This document shows, one piece after another, positions 8,391 through 18,672 of a DNA stretch of 64,000 nucleotides; the stretch's first letter is position 1; each line of letters opens with the position of its first letter. Source of the stretch: an uncultured Bacillota bacterium (GTDB taxonomy: Bacteria; Sysuimicrobiota; Sysuimicrobiia; Sysuimicrobiales; Segetimicrobiaceae); NCBI GenBank assembly GCA_963804645.1, contig CAWDRG010000005.1, forward strand, positions 192,001 to 256,000, in the 5' to 3' direction. The position numbers and the translations under genes were made by a program. The notes under the pieces were generated by a model. That model was not told where the DNA came from, searched no databases, and saw only the letters and a program-made list of their open reading frames with translations.

Positions 8391-9368
8391 CTACGAGGCG
8401 AGCTCCTTCCGCACGATCCGCGTTCCCTCGACCATCGATTTGAGCTTCGCCATGGTTTCCTCGGTCGTCCGCGTCTTCAGGCCGCAGTCCGGCGAGACGT
8501 AGATTTGTGGAAGCGGGATGACCTTGAGGGTCCGCCGGATCCCGTCGGCCACCTCCTCGGGTGACTCGGCGCGGTGGCTGTGCGCGTCAAGCACGCCGAG
8601 GCCGATGTCCTTGGTGAACGGGGGAGACTTGAACGTCTCGAGGAGCGCATAGTCGTCGTTTTTCAGCGCCAGGTCGATCTGGTTGACGGCGAGCCGCAGC
8701 ATCGCGGGATAGATGCGCGGGACCTCGCCGTAGCAGACGTGCGTCACCGTGTACGCCCGAAGGCCGCGCGTCACGATTTCCATGGCCTCCACGGCCAGAT
8801 CGAAGTCCTCGTCCGGACGGGTGTGAATCGCCGGCTCGTCGATCTGAATGTACGTGGCCCCGGCCCGCTCCAGATCCACCGCCTCGTCGTGAATGGCGCG
8901 GGCGAGCTCCAACACCAGCTCGCGCCGCGTCGGGTAGTACTCGTTGAACGACCACTCGGCGATCGTGTACGGCCCGGTGAGCATGCCCTTGACCGGCCGG
9001 GAGGTCAGCCCCTGCGCGAACTTGTACCAATCGACGGTCAGGGGCGCGCGCCGGCCGACGGGCGCGACGACCGCCGGCTTCGGATAATAGCGGTTGCCGT
9101 AGGAGCGGACCATCCCCGCGATCTGAAACCCGTCCATCTGATCGGCGAAGAACGCTACCATGTCGCCGCGGTACATCTCCCCGTCGACCAGGATGTCGAG
9201 GTCGAGTTCCTCCTGCTTCCGGATCCAGTCCTCGGTCGCCGCGCGCTCCAGCCGGTGCAGCTCGGCCGGATCCATCTGCTTGCGCGCCACCTTCCGGCGC
9301 GCGTCCAGCAGATGCGGCGGCTTCGGAAAGCTCCCCACGGTGGTCGTGGCCAGGATCGGCGAAGTCAT
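8391..9368 (-). CDS. metE: Cobalamin-independent methionine synthase, catalytic Zn-binding half (split MetE)
   Basis: TTVGSFPK, DGEMYR, VKGMLTGPYTI, IQIDEPA, THVCYG, SPDCGLKTR. Confidence 0.88.
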   Translation of the reverse strand: MTSPILATTTVGSFPKPPHLLDARRKVARKQMDPAELHRLERAATEDWIRKQEELDLDILVDGEMYRGDMVAFFADQMDGFQIAGMVRSYGNRYYPKPAVVAPVGRRAPLTVDWYKFAQGLTSRPVKGMLTGPYTIAEWSFNEYYPTRRELVLELARAIHDEAVDLERAGATYIQIDEPAIHTRPDEDFDLAVEAMEIVTRGLRAYTVTHVCYGEVPRIYPAMLRLAVNQIDLALKNDDYALLETFKSPPFTKDIGLGVLDAHSHRAESPEEVADGIRRTLKVIPLPQIYVSPDCGLKTRTTEETMAKLKSMVEGTRIVRKELAS

Positions 9369-10342
9369 GCTGCGCCCTCCTTCGCCCGGCGGACTCCGGC
9401 CGCGAGCGTCTCAAGTTTCTTGCGCGCCACGCGGCGGGGCAGAAACTCCAGCCCCGCGCTCGGGCTGACGTGCAGCTTGGACGGGGTCACGAAGTCGGCC
9501 GCGCGGCGGCACGCCGCCGCGACCTCCTCGGGCGTCTCCATGCGCGTGTTGCGCGCATCAAGCACCCCGAGCCCCAACTCTTTCGTGAACGGCGCCCGGC
9601 GGAGAATCTCCCAGTTCCGCTGCTGCCCCGCGACGAAATCCAGCCCGAGCACGTCCACGGGCAGGTCGAGGACCGCCGGATACAGACCGTCGATGTGTCC
9701 GAAGTAGAGGTACAGCGCCCGGCGGGCCCGCACGCCGTCCCACAGCGCTTCGGTCGCCCGCTGAAACAGCGGCCACTGGTCGCGCCGCACCAGCAGCCCC
9801 GGCTCGTCGACCTGAATGATCGACGCGCCCGCCTCCGCGAGCGCCCGCAGTTCCTGATTGAGGGCGCGGGCGAGCGCCATGACGAACCGGTCCAGGTTCC
9901 GATAGTGGTCGTCGCGGCTCATCACCGCGAGCGTGAAGGGACCGGTCACCACCGGCTTCACCGGGCGCGCGCTGTGCGCGGCGGCAAACGCGTAGTCCTG
10001 GACCGAGATCGGCGCCTGCCACGTCACCTCGCCGGTCGCGACGGGCTGGCGGTAGTAGACGTTGGTATCGAAGTAGCGCTGCAGGCCGTTGATGGTAAAC
10101 CCCGTGAGGCCGCGCGCGAAGTAGGTGAATCCATCCTCCCAGCGGATCTGCCCGTCCGTGACGACCTCGATGCCGAGTTCGGCCTGCTCGCGCAGGACCT
10201 CGTCGGTCACCTCTTCCTCGACCCGTCGAAGGTCCGCCGCGGAGATCTCTCCGCGCTGCAGCTTCTCGACGCTCGACCGCCAGCGGCCTGGCGCCGGCGG
10301 ATCCGGGATCTTCGGGTAACTGCCAACCACCGTCGTCTGCAC
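9365..10342 (-). CDS. MetE N-terminal-like half lacking Zn ligands (split MetE partner)
   Basis: TVVGSYPK, TDGQIRWED, RYFDTNVYYRQP, VTGPFTL; LYLYFG and PSAGL replace HxC and C; 4-nt overlap with the catalytic half. Confidence 0.85.
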   Translation of the reverse strand: MQTTVVGSYPKIPDPPAPGRWRSSVEKLQRGEISAADLRRVEEEVTDEVLREQAELGIEVVTDGQIRWEDGFTYFARGLTGFTINGLQRYFDTNVYYRQPVATGEVTWQAPISVQDYAFAAAHSARPVKPVVTGPFTLAVMSRDDHYRNLDRFVMALARALNQELRALAEAGASIIQVDEPGLLVRRDQWPLFQRATEALWDGVRARRALYLYFGHIDGLYPAVLDLPVDVLGLDFVAGQQRNWEILRRAPFTKELGLGVLDARNTRMETPEEVAAACRRAADFVTPSKLHVSPSAGLEFLPRRVARKKLETLAAGVRRAKEGAA

Positions 10343-10361
10343 GTCCTACACCTCCGCGATC

Positions 10362-11501
10362 TTATCCTAGCAGTTCGCGCGCGAGAATCAGGCGCTGGAT
10401 CTCGGACGTCCCCTCGCCGATCTCGCACAACTTCACGTCCCGGTAGATGCGCTCCACCGGGTAGTCCTTAATGAACCCGTAGCCCCCGTGAATCTGCACG
10501 GCGTGCGACGCGGCGCGCGACGCCGCCTCGGACGCGTACAGCTTGGCCATCGACGCTTCCCGGCGGTAGGGCAGCCCGCGCGAGGCGAGCGACGCCGCCT
10601 CCATGACCAGCAGCTCCGAGGCGTCCAGCTCGACGGCCATGTCGGCGAGCTTCCATTGGGTCGCCTGAAACTCCGCGATCGGCCGGCCGAACGCGCGCCG
10701 CTCGCGCGCGTACGCCACCGAGGCGTCGAGCGCCGCCCTGCCGAGGCCGAGGGCGAGGGCGCCGATCCCGATCCGGCCGCCCTCGAGCACGCGCATCGCG
10801 TCCCGGAACCCATCGCCCGGCGCGCCGAGCATCTGGGCGTCGTCGACCGCGCAGTCTTCGAACACCACCTCCGCCGTGTCGCTCGAGCGCATGCCGAGCT
10901 TGTCCTCGTGCTTGCCGACCCGGAGCCCCGGCGTCCCCGCGTCGACCGCGAACGCCGAGATGCCGCGGTGGCCGGCGGCCGGGTCGGTCCGTGCCATGAC
11001 CACGTACACGCCGGCGATGCTGCCCTGCGTCACGAACACCTTCGTCCCCGAGAGCACCCAGCCGCCGCCCCGGCGCTCCGCCCGGGTCGCGAGCGCTCCG
11101 GCATCGCTGCCCGAGGCCGGCTCGGTGAGGCACCACGCGCCGAGCATCTCCCCGGACGCCAGGCGGGGCAGGTACCTGCGCTTCTGGGCGTCGTTGCCCG
11201 CCCGCGCGATGTGCCCGGTACCCAGCGAGTTGTGCGCCGCCACGCTGAGCGCGATGCCCCCGTCACCCCACGCCAGCGCCTCGACCGCCAGGGCCGCGCT
11301 GACCGCGTCCACGCCGGCCCCGCCGTATTCGGAGGGCACCGTCATCCCCCACAAGCCCAGCGCCGCGATCTTCGGCACGAGGTCTCGGGGAAACACCCCG
11401 TCCGCGTCCCATCGACGGGCGTGCGGGCGAAGCTCGCTCGCCGCGAACTCCCGGACCGTCTGATGGATCAGACGCTGATCGTCAGTGTACTCGAATCGCA
11501 C
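10362..11501 (-). CDS. Acyl-CoA dehydrogenase
   Basis: [50 protein letters not shown]. Confidence 0.95.
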   Translation of the reverse strand: MRFEYTDDQRLIHQTVREFAASELRPHARRWDADGVFPRDLVPKIAALGLWGMTVPSEYGGAGVDAVSAALAVEALAWGDGGIALSVAAHNSLGTGHIARAGNDAQKRRYLPRLASGEMLGAWCLTEPASGSDAGALATRAERRGGGWVLSGTKVFVTQGSIAGVYVVMARTDPAAGHRGISAFAVDAGTPGLRVGKHEDKLGMRSSDTAEVVFEDCAVDDAQMLGAPGDGFRDAMRVLEGGRIGIGALALGLGRAALDASVAYARERRAFGRPIAEFQATQWKLADMAVELDASELLVMEAASLASRGLPYRREASMAKLYASEAASRAASHAVQIHGGYGFIKDYPVERIYRDVKLCEIGEGTSEIQRLILARELLG

Positions 11502-11552
11502 GGCTGGCTCCAGATCGAGATGACGCCGACGCGCCGCCTTCTGAGCGCAAGG

Positions 11553-11586
11553 AAAGAACCCCTCATGCGCTTCTCATGAGAGGCTC
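11553..11586 (-). terminator. Probable intrinsic terminator after iscA-nfu
   Basis: Minus strand GAGCCTCTCATG-AGAAGCG-CATGAGGGGTTC-TTT. Confidence 0.55.
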
Positions 11587-11617
11587 AGGGTTCCTCTCGA
11601 ACCGGTGACCGGATCGG

Positions 11618-11884
11618 TTAGAACGGGACCGCTTCGACTGCCTTCACCTCAGGGACCTGCTCCTTCAGCATGCGCTCCACGCCCGACTGCAGCGTCATCA
11701 TCGAGTACATGCATCCGACGCAGGACCCGGCGAGGCGGATCTGCACCACGCCGTCCACGATCCCGACGAGCTCAATGTCGCCGCCGTCGGCCTGCACGTG
11801 CGGGCGGATCGTATCGAGCACTCCCTGGACCCGGTCGTGCAAGTCGGCCGTGTCCGGCACCGCCTGTCCCACCATCTGCTCCAT
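11618..11884 (-). CDS. NifU C-terminal (Nfu) Fe-S carrier
   Basis: [27 protein letters not shown]. Confidence 0.92.
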   Translation of the reverse strand: MEQMVGQAVPDTADLHDRVQGVLDTIRPHVQADGGDIELVGIVDGVVQIRLAGSCVGCMYSMMTLQSGVERMLKEQVPEVKAVEAVPF

Positions 11885-11899
11885 CGGGGTTCCTCCCGC

Positions 11900-12277
11900 C
11901 TAGGCGTGCGCCTCGGCTTCCTCTCCGCACGCCTGCGCTTCGCCGGCGTCATCCGCCGTCTTGAACGAGTGTCCGCAGCCGCACGTCGCCACCGCGTTGG
12001 GGTTCCGAATCGCGAATCCGCTCGCGGTCACCGACGACACGTAGTCGATCTCGGCGCCGTCGAGCAGGCGCGAGCTCATCTTATCCACGAGCACGCGGAC
12101 GCCGCCCCGCTCGATCACCTGGTCGTCGGCCTCGGGCCCCGCGTCGAACGTCATGCCGTAGGAGAATCCGTCGCAGCCGCCCTTGGTGATGAACACGCGC
12201 AGGCACTGATTCGGCTCGTCCTGTTCGGAGAGAAGCTCCTTCAACTTGGTGACAGCCTGGTCGGTAACGGTGAGCAT
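11900..12277 (-). CDS. iscA: A-type Fe-S carrier (IscA/SufA/ErpA family)
   Basis: GGCDGFSYG, NPNAVATCGCGHSF. Confidence 0.93.
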   Translation of the reverse strand: MLTVTDQAVTKLKELLSEQDEPNQCLRVFITKGGCDGFSYGMTFDAGPEADDQVIERGGVRVLVDKMSSRLLDGAEIDYVSSVTASGFAIRNPNAVATCGCGHSFKTADDAGEAQACGEEAEAHA

Positions 12278-12333
12278 CCCGTGCCTACCTCCCTTGCGCT
12301 GACGCAGCGGCCGCTGAGCGCCCCGCGAAGCGA

Positions 12334-12380
12334 TAGTAACTAATTAACTAAATATTACGCGGCGCCCGTGGGTTTGTCAA
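12334..12380 (-). promoter_or_regulatory. Sigma70-type promoter of iscA with AT-rich imperfect palindrome just downstream
   Basis: TTGACA (12380-12375), 17 nt, TAATAT (12357-12352); TAGTAACTAATTAACTA at 12334-12350. Confidence 0.75.
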
Positions 12381-12602
12381 ACGCGGGCCGGGTGGGAAAT
12401 ACCATCGCGGCCGCCATCGTCCCACCAAGCACGGGAGCGTGTCTTGGGGGGCCGGACCGCCGCCGGGGGGGCCGGTGCGATGGAAACTCACGGCGCGCCG
12501 GGATCGAAGGAAGAGATGTAAGGCAGTCGACGGCGCACGTCGCTGCGCGACGCTCGACGCAGCAGACCGCGGGCCGCACAAGCACGATGGGAGGCCGGTC
12601 AC

Positions 12603-13049
12603 ATGCGTACGCTCGCACCGGTGAAGGTCATCACCACGACGTTGACCGTCGCCACGAACGCGCGGACGGAGATCCGTGATCTCACCGACGCGGTCGCCGC
12701 ACTTCCCGGCGTCGACGAGATCGCGTGCGGGTCGGTCCTGCTCCAGAGCCTGCACACGACCACCGCCCTGATCATCAACGAGCACCAGGACGCGCTCCTC
12801 CACGACATCGCGGCGCTGCTGCGCACGCTCGTGCCCGAAGGCGGGACGTACCGGCACAACGACCCGGCCTACTCCGACTGCAACCGCGCGAACGCGACGA
12901 GCCATCTTGGGGCGGTCCTCCTCGGGCAGACGCTGCAGGTCCCGATCGAGCAGGGGCGCCTCGTCTTGGGGACGTGGCAGCGCCTGCTGCTTTGTGAACT
13001 CGACGGGCCGCAGACCCGCCGCGTCTACGCACAGGTCATGGGGGTCTAG
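12603..13049 (+). CDS. YjbQ/UPF0047 family protein
   Basis: HTTTALIINE, YRHND, NATSHL, LGTWQRLLLCELDGP. Confidence 0.9.
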   Translation: MRTLAPVKVITTTLTVATNARTEIRDLTDAVAALPGVDEIACGSVLLQSLHTTTALIINEHQDALLHDIAALLRTLVPEGGTYRHNDPAYSDCNRANATSHLGAVLLGQTLQVPIEQGRLVLGTWQRLLLCELDGPQTRRVYAQVMGV

Positions 13050-13143
13050 GCGGACGCAGCGCGCGCGGCGTGATGACCACGCCGCGCACGTTCGTGCAGA
13101 CGATGGGACCCGCACCACCGCGCCGCCGGACGGCGCGGCGGCC

Positions 13144-14316
13144 TCATTCGGTCGGCAGCTGCGCGTTCGTCCAGGCGAGGATACCGCCCTTCAGGTTGAC
13201 CGCCTTCCCGTAGCCGGCGCTCCGGAGCAGCGCCACGATCTTGCCGCTCCGCCCGCCCGACCGGCAGTAGATGATGGCCGGGGTCTCGGAATCGATTTCA
13301 CGCAGGCGCGCGGGCACGTCGCCCACCGGGATCAGCAGGCAGCCCGGAATGTGCGCTTCCTCGTGCTCCCACGGCTCGCGCACATCGATGAGCTGGACGC
13401 CACCGCGCGCGAGCATGGCCTGGGCCTCAGCCGGGGACAGCTCGGGGATCGGTCCCGCCATCGCGGCCGTGCGGTCGTGTGCGGGCATCCCGCAGAACTG
13501 CTCGTAGTCGATCAGCGCGTGGATCGTCGGATGGTCACCGCAGATCGGGCACTCCGGGTTGCGGTTCCAGCGCACCACGCGCGTCTCGCCCTCGAGCGCG
13601 TCGAAGATCAGCAGCTTGTTGGCGAGGGTGTCCCCCACGCCGAGCAGGATCTTCAGCACGTCCAGCGCCTGCCGCGCCCCGGCGAATCCGCACAGCGCCC
13701 CGAGGATGCCCCCCTCCGCGCAGCTCGGCACGGCGCCCGGCGGCGGCGGCGTCGGGAACAGGCACCGGTAGCATCCGCGGCCCGGCAGGAACGTCGTGGC
13801 CTGCGCCTCCCACTTCAAGATGCTGGCGTCGACGAGCGGCTTTCCGAGCAGCACGCAGGCGTCGTTGATCAGGTACCGCGTCGGGAAGTTGTCGCTGCCG
13901 TTGACGACCACGTCATAGTCCCGCACGATCTCGAGCGCGTTCTCGCTCGTGAGCACGGTCTGGTACGGCACGACCGTGACCTCGGGGTTCACGCCGGCGA
14001 GCGTGCGCCGCGCGGACTCGGTCTTCGGCTGCCCGATCGCGTCGGTCGGGTGCAGGATCTGGCGGTGCAGGTTCGAGAGATCGACCCGATCGCCGTCGAC
14101 GATCCCAAGGGTGCCGACGCCGGCCGCGGCCAGGTACAGCGCCACAGGAGATCCGAGCCCGCCGGCGCCAATCGCCAGCACCTTCGAGCGCAGCAGCCGC
14201 GCCTGGCCCTCGATCCCGACCTCTTCGAGAATGACCTGGCGCGCGTACCGCTCCATCTGCGGCCCGCTCAGCACTTGGGGGGTGGTGCGCGTCTGTGGTG
14301 TCCCGGTGGTCGCCAT
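13144..14316 (-). CDS. moeB: MoeB/ThiF adenylyltransferase fused to rhodanese (MoeZ-like)
   Basis: RYARQ, GAGGLGSP, SNLHRQ, CYRC, CPIC, C-terminal YCRSGGRS; GGAGG before ATG 14316. Confidence 0.92.
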   Translation of the reverse strand: MATTGTPQTRTTPQVLSGPQMERYARQVILEEVGIEGQARLLRSKVLAIGAGGLGSPVALYLAAAGVGTLGIVDGDRVDLSNLHRQILHPTDAIGQPKTESARRTLAGVNPEVTVVPYQTVLTSENALEIVRDYDVVVNGSDNFPTRYLINDACVLLGKPLVDASILKWEAQATTFLPGRGCYRCLFPTPPPPGAVPSCAEGGILGALCGFAGARQALDVLKILLGVGDTLANKLLIFDALEGETRVVRWNRNPECPICGDHPTIHALIDYEQFCGMPAHDRTAAMAGPIPELSPAEAQAMLARGGVQLIDVREPWEHEEAHIPGCLLIPVGDVPARLREIDSETPAIIYCRSGGRSGKIVALLRSAGYGKAVNLKGGILAWTNAQLPTE

Positions 14317-14518
14317 CGCTGTGCCTCCATCGTCGCGGCCGTGCGACCGCAGCATCACGTCCGTGCCACGCCGTGTCGTGGACCGTGTCAGGACAACCCC
14401 TACAATAAAACGTGCCGTCCATCCCGTCAAGAAATCCGGCACCATCTCGTGACAACGACGGCCCCCGGGCGTCGCTTCCCGGGCGCAGGGGCGCCGCGCT
14501 GGGTCCGGCGCCCGCCCC

Positions 14519-14567
14519 TTGACATAGCGTAACCATTCGGTTACGCTATTAGTAACCGTATGGTTAC
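14519..14567 (+). promoter_or_regulatory. Promoter with tandem ArsR-type operators
   Basis: TTGACA 14519-14524, 17 nt, TACGCT; two palindromes GTAACC-N4-GGTTAC at 14529-14544 and 14552-14567, the second overlapping the ATG. Confidence 0.8.
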
Positions 14568-14886
14568 ACAACGACCGCAGCAGAACGCCGTGTTCCGGGC
14601 GATCGCCGATCCGACGCGCCGGAAGATCCTCAGCCTGCTCCGAGGTCAGCGCCTCACCGTCGGTGAGATCGCGGGACACTTTCATACGAGCCGCCCGGCG
14701 ATTTCGAAACATCTGCGCATGCTGCGGACGGCCGGATTGGTCACCACGCGCCAGCGAGGGACGGCGCACCTCTGCGCACTGCGCGCCGCGCCGCTGCGCG
14801 GGATCGCCCAATGGCTTCATGACTATGAAACATTGTGGGACGAGAGCCTGCGTCGCCTCAAGACACACATCGAGGAGAACCCATGA
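14560..14886 (+). CDS. ArsR/SmtB family regulator
   Basis: FRAIADPTRRKILSLL, SRPAISKHLRMLRTAGLV. Confidence 0.92.
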   Translation: MVTQRPQQNAVFRAIADPTRRKILSLLRGQRLTVGEIAGHFHTSRPAISKHLRMLRTAGLVTTRQRGTAHLCALRAAPLRGIAQWLHDYETLWDESLRRLKTHIEENP

Positions 14887-15326
14887 ATCCGACCGGCGGA
14901 ACTGAAACGATCGTCAAGGAAATCACGATCAAGGCGCCTGCGGAGCGCATCTTTCAGGCGTTGGCCGATCCGGACCAGCGCCTGAAGTGGTGGGGGGGCG
15001 ACTACTTCAAGGGGACGCACATGGAGTCGGACCTGCGTCTCGGCGGCAAGTGGATGATGCGCGGCACCGCGACGGGTGACAAACCGTTCGCGGTCAGCGG
15101 CGAGTACCGGGTGATTGAACGCCCGAACGTGCTCGCCTTCACGTGGGTGGCGAGCTGGCCGCCCGGCGACGCGGAGACGCTGGTCCGCTTCGATCTGGAA
15201 GAGACTGCCGGCGTCACGCGGGTGCGCGTCACCCACTCGGGTCTCGCCGCCGAGGGCGCGCGCGCCCATCGCGGCTGGCCCGACATCCTGGCCTGGCTCC
15301 AGGCATACGTCGAGCGCGCGGCGTAG
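14883..15326 (+). CDS. SRPBCC/AHA1-domain protein
   Basis: IKAPAERIFQALADP, DLRLGGKW, LAFTW, HRGWPDIL; ATGA overlap with ArsR gene. Confidence 0.88.
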   Translation: MNPTGGTETIVKEITIKAPAERIFQALADPDQRLKWWGGDYFKGTHMESDLRLGGKWMMRGTATGDKPFAVSGEYRVIERPNVLAFTWVASWPPGDAETLVRFDLEETAGVTRVRVTHSGLAAEGARAHRGWPDILAWLQAYVERAA

Positions 15327-15390
15327 GCGCCGCGCGGCCACACGGGTGCGCGGCCGGACACGGGACAGACTTCGGAGCGCGGCGAGGGTC

Positions 15391-15433
15391 ACGGCGGGCG
15401 GGAGGGCCGCGCGTGGGCCCTCCCGCCCGCCGT
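15391..15433. terminator. 18-bp GC-rich hairpin between convergent genes
   Basis: ACGGCGGGCGGGAGGGCC-N7-GGCCCTCCCGCCCGCCGT. Confidence 0.6.
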
Positions 15434-15438
15434 CGCGA

Positions 15439-16305
15439 TTAGGTCGTGCCCGCGGCGACCGCCTGCTCGTCCGCATGATAGCTGCTGCGCACGAGCGGGC
15501 CCGACTCGACGTGGCGGAATCCCATCGCGAGCCCTTCGGCTTTCAGCGCCGCGAACTCGGACGGATGGTAGTAGCGGGCGATCGGCGCGTAGTCCTTCCC
15601 GGGGCTCAGGTACTGCCCGACCGTGAGAATGTCGCACGACACCTCGCGGAGATCGCGCATCGTCTGCAGCACCTCGTCCGGCGTCTCGCCCAGCCCGACC
15701 ATCATCCCGCTCTTGGTCAGGCCCCGCCGCGCCCACGCCTTGGCGCGCGCGAGCAGTTCGAGTGACCGGCGGTAGTTCCCGCCGCGCCGGACGTCCCGGA
15801 ACAGCCGCGGCACCGTCTCGATGTTGTGATTCATGATGTCCGGCTCCGCGTCCAGCACGGTCCGAAGCGCGTCGGGGTCGCCCTTGAAGTCGGGGGTCAG
15901 CACCTCGACCGAACACCGCGGACTGCGCTCCCGGATCAACCGGATCGTCTGCGCGAACATCCCGGCGCCGCCGTCGCGGAGGTCATCGCGGTCGACCGAG
16001 GTGACCACCACGTGCCTGAGCCCCATCTGCGCGACGACGTCCGCCACCCGCTCGGGCTCGCGCGTGTCCAGCTCCGTCGGGAGCCCGTGGGCGATCGCGC
16101 AGTAGGCGCAGTGCCGGGTGCACACGTTCCCGAGGATCAGAAACGTCGCGGTCTTCCGCTCCCAGCAGTCGCCGATGTTCGGGCAGCGTGCCTCCTCGCA
16201 GACCGTGTGCAGCGCCTGGCTCCGCATGACGCCGACCAACTCGCTGAAGTTGGGACCGTTCGGCAACTTGACCTTGAGCCACTCGGGCCGCCGTGCCACG
16301 CTCAT
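15439..16305 (-). CDS. lipA: Lipoyl synthase
   Basis: CEEARCPNIGDC, CTRHCAYC, RSSY. Confidence 0.97.
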   Translation of the reverse strand: MSVARRPEWLKVKLPNGPNFSELVGVMRSQALHTVCEEARCPNIGDCWERKTATFLILGNVCTRHCAYCAIAHGLPTELDTREPERVADVVAQMGLRHVVVTSVDRDDLRDGGAGMFAQTIRLIRERSPRCSVEVLTPDFKGDPDALRTVLDAEPDIMNHNIETVPRLFRDVRRGGNYRRSLELLARAKAWARRGLTKSGMMVGLGETPDEVLQTMRDLREVSCDILTVGQYLSPGKDYAPIARYYHPSEFAALKAEGLAMGFRHVESGPLVRSSYHADEQAVAAGTT

Positions 16306-16375
16306 TGTGCACCGCCTTCGGAATTCCGGAGATCGATCGAACCGCGCGGGCCCGGTCCCGCAGCGCGGCTGCGCG

Positions 16376-17659
16376 TTAGAACTCGGGCGAGTCTCCGGCC
16401 GGCTTGAACTCTTCGAGCTGGCGCCGAATCAGCCCGAGAAACTCGAGCGCCAGCGCGCCGTCGAAGACCCGATGATCAAAACTCAACCCGATGTGCATCA
16501 CGTCGCGGATCGCGATTCCCTCCCCCACGACGACCGGCCGGCGCACGACCGCGTCCGTGGAGAGAATCGCCGCCTGCGGATAGTTGATGAGGGGAATCGA
16601 CGTGATCGAGCCGTACACCCCGGCGTTGGTCAGCGTAAACGTACCGCCGGCGATGTCGTCCGGCGCAAGCTTGCCCTGGCGCGCGCGCGAGGCCAGCGCG
16701 TCGATCTCGCGCGCGATCCCGACCACACTCCGCCGATCCGCGTCTTTAATCACCGGCACGATCAGCCCGTCGGGCACGGCGACGCCTACGCCGATGTGGA
16801 TCGCGTGCTTAATCAAGATTCCCTCCGGGGTAAACGTCGAGTTCACGAGCGGGTGCGCCCGCAGCGCCCGTGTCGCCGCCCGCACCACGAACGCCGTGAG
16901 CGTCACGTTCACGCCGTCGCGCGCCCGCCACGCGCTCTTGTGCGCCTCCCGGTGGCGCACGAGCGCGGTCATGTCGACTTCGACGGCGCCGTAGGCGTGG
17001 GGAATCTCGCGCGCGCTTCGGGCCATGCGGTCCGCGATCGCGCGCCGGAGCACCGACAGCGGCAGCACCCGATCGGCTCCCTCGGGGGCCGCGGGACGCG
17101 CCTCCGGCGTCGCGAACGGTCCCCCGGCCAGCCCGGGCTCGCCCGGCGCGGCCGCGGTCCCGCGCGACGCGCGCGCGTCGAGGTACCGAAGCACGTCATC
17201 CTTCGTGACGCGCCCTCCGGTGCCGGTCCCCTCGATCGTCTCCAACTCCTCGGCCCGCAGATGATGCTCCTCCGCCAGCCGGCGGACCAACGGCGAGAGA
17301 CGCCCCCCGGCACGGCGCCCGCCCTCGTCGGCCGGTGCGCCGCGCCCGTTGCCGGGCGCCATGGCCGGTGCACCGGGGCCGGACGCGGCCCGCGCCGGCG
17401 CGGCGGCACTCGCGGCGGCGCCGGCTTCCTCGATGAGCGCGATCGGGGTCCCCGCCGCCACCGTCTTGCCCTCGCCGACCAAGATCGCGCCGAGGGTGCC
17501 GGCGTACGGCGACGGCATCTCCACGTTGACCTTGTCGGTGATGACCTCGACGAGCGCCTCGTACTTGTCGACCCGCTCGCCCGGCTGCTTGAGCCACTTG
17601 CCGATCGTCCCCTCGTGCACGCTTTCGCCGAGCTGGGGCATCTTGATCTCGGTGGGCAT
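16376..17659 (-). CDS. 2-oxoacid dehydrogenase E2 (dihydrolipoamide acyltransferase)
   Basis: Lipoyl domain TDKV, E3-binding GTGTGGRVTK, catalytic FDHRVFDG. Confidence 0.95.
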   Translation of the reverse strand: MPTEIKMPQLGESVHEGTIGKWLKQPGERVDKYEALVEVITDKVNVEMPSPYAGTLGAILVGEGKTVAAGTPIALIEEAGAAASAAAPARAASGPGAPAMAPGNGRGAPADEGGRRAGGRLSPLVRRLAEEHHLRAEELETIEGTGTGGRVTKDDVLRYLDARASRGTAAAPGEPGLAGGPFATPEARPAAPEGADRVLPLSVLRRAIADRMARSAREIPHAYGAVEVDMTALVRHREAHKSAWRARDGVNVTLTAFVVRAATRALRAHPLVNSTFTPEGILIKHAIHIGVGVAVPDGLIVPVIKDADRRSVVGIAREIDALASRARQGKLAPDDIAGGTFTLTNAGVYGSITSIPLINYPQAAILSTDAVVRRPVVVGEGIAIRDVMHIGLSFDHRVFDGALALEFLGLIRRQLEEFKPAGDSPEF

Positions 17660-17686
17660 TCGAGATTCCTCCGGACGCGGCGGCGG

Positions 17687-18670
17687 CTAGTAGTTGATGA
17701 CCGCGCGCGCGGCCGTCGCGATCGTCTCTGGGTTCGGCATGAACCATTCCTCGTACGCGTGGGCGAACGGCACGCCCGGGACGTCGGGGCCGCAGCACCG
17801 GGTCGGCGGCGCGTCGAGGTGGGCGAATCCCTCCTCGGCGATCGTGGCGATGATCTCGGCGCCGAACCCGGCGAACCGATTATCCTCGTGCACGACGAGC
17901 GCGCGGCTGGTCCGCGCGACCGACTCGAGGATGGTCTGCTTGTCGAGCGGCCGGAGCGTGCGCAGATCCACGACCTCGGCCTCGATCCCGTCACGGCTCA
18001 GCAGCTCGGCCGCCGCCAGCGCCTCGTGGGTCATCAAGCCGTACGCGAAGATGCTGAGATCCCGGCCGGGCCGGCGCACCGCGGCCGGGCCGATCGGGAC
18101 GATCGCGTCGCCGTCGGGGATCTCGCCGCGGACGAGCCGGTACAGTTTCTTGTGCTCGAGATACATCACCGGGTCCTGGTCGCGGATCGCGGCCTTGAGC
18201 AGCCCTTTCGCGTCCGCCGGGGTGTACGGCGCAACCACCTTGAGCCCCGGGATATGCGCGTAGAATGCCTCGATCGACTGGGAATGATACAGGGCCCCGT
18301 GCACGCCGCCGCCCCACGGCACCCGAATCGTCATCTGACAGCCGTAATCGTTGTTCGAACGGTAGCGGACGCGCGCGACCTCGCTCAGGATCTGATTGAA
18401 CGCGGGATGGATGAAATCGGCGAACTGGATCTCGGGCACGGGCACGAGGCCGTTCGCCGCCATTCCGAAGGAGACCCCGATGATCATCGACTCCGCGATC
18501 GGCGTGTCGATCACCCGGTCGCCGCCGAACGCGGCGAAGAGACCGTCGGTCACCCCAAACACCCCGCCCTTCCGGCCGACGTCCTCGCCGAGCACGATCA
18601 CGCGCTCGTCGCGCGTCATCTCCTCCTGCAGGGCGTCGTGGATGGCCTCGAGATAGCGCCGTTCCGCCAT
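17687..18670 (-). CDS. 2-oxoacid (probably branched-chain) dehydrogenase E1 beta
   Basis: GEDVGRKGGVF, DTPIAE, EIQFADF, HGALYHSQ. Confidence 0.95.
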   Translation of the reverse strand: MAERRYLEAIHDALQEEMTRDERVIVLGEDVGRKGGVFGVTDGLFAAFGGDRVIDTPIAESMIIGVSFGMAANGLVPVPEIQFADFIHPAFNQILSEVARVRYRSNNDYGCQMTIRVPWGGGVHGALYHSQSIEAFYAHIPGLKVVAPYTPADAKGLLKAAIRDQDPVMYLEHKKLYRLVRGEIPDGDAIVPIGPAAVRRPGRDLSIFAYGLMTHEALAAAELLSRDGIEAEVVDLRTLRPLDKQTILESVARTSRALVVHEDNRFAGFGAEIIATIAEEGFAHLDAPPTRCCGPDVPGVPFAHAYEEWFMPNPETIATAARAVINY

Positions 18671-18672
18671 GG

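Noticed and set aside
11502..11617. SAM riboswitch or T-box ahead of the acyl-CoA dehydrogenase/metE genes
   Set aside because: No SAM-I core or T-box motif; only a terminator-like hairpin.
14317..14868. 574-aa version of MoeB
   Set aside because: The extension overlaps the divergent ArsR gene and its promoter; the RBS supports ATG 14316.
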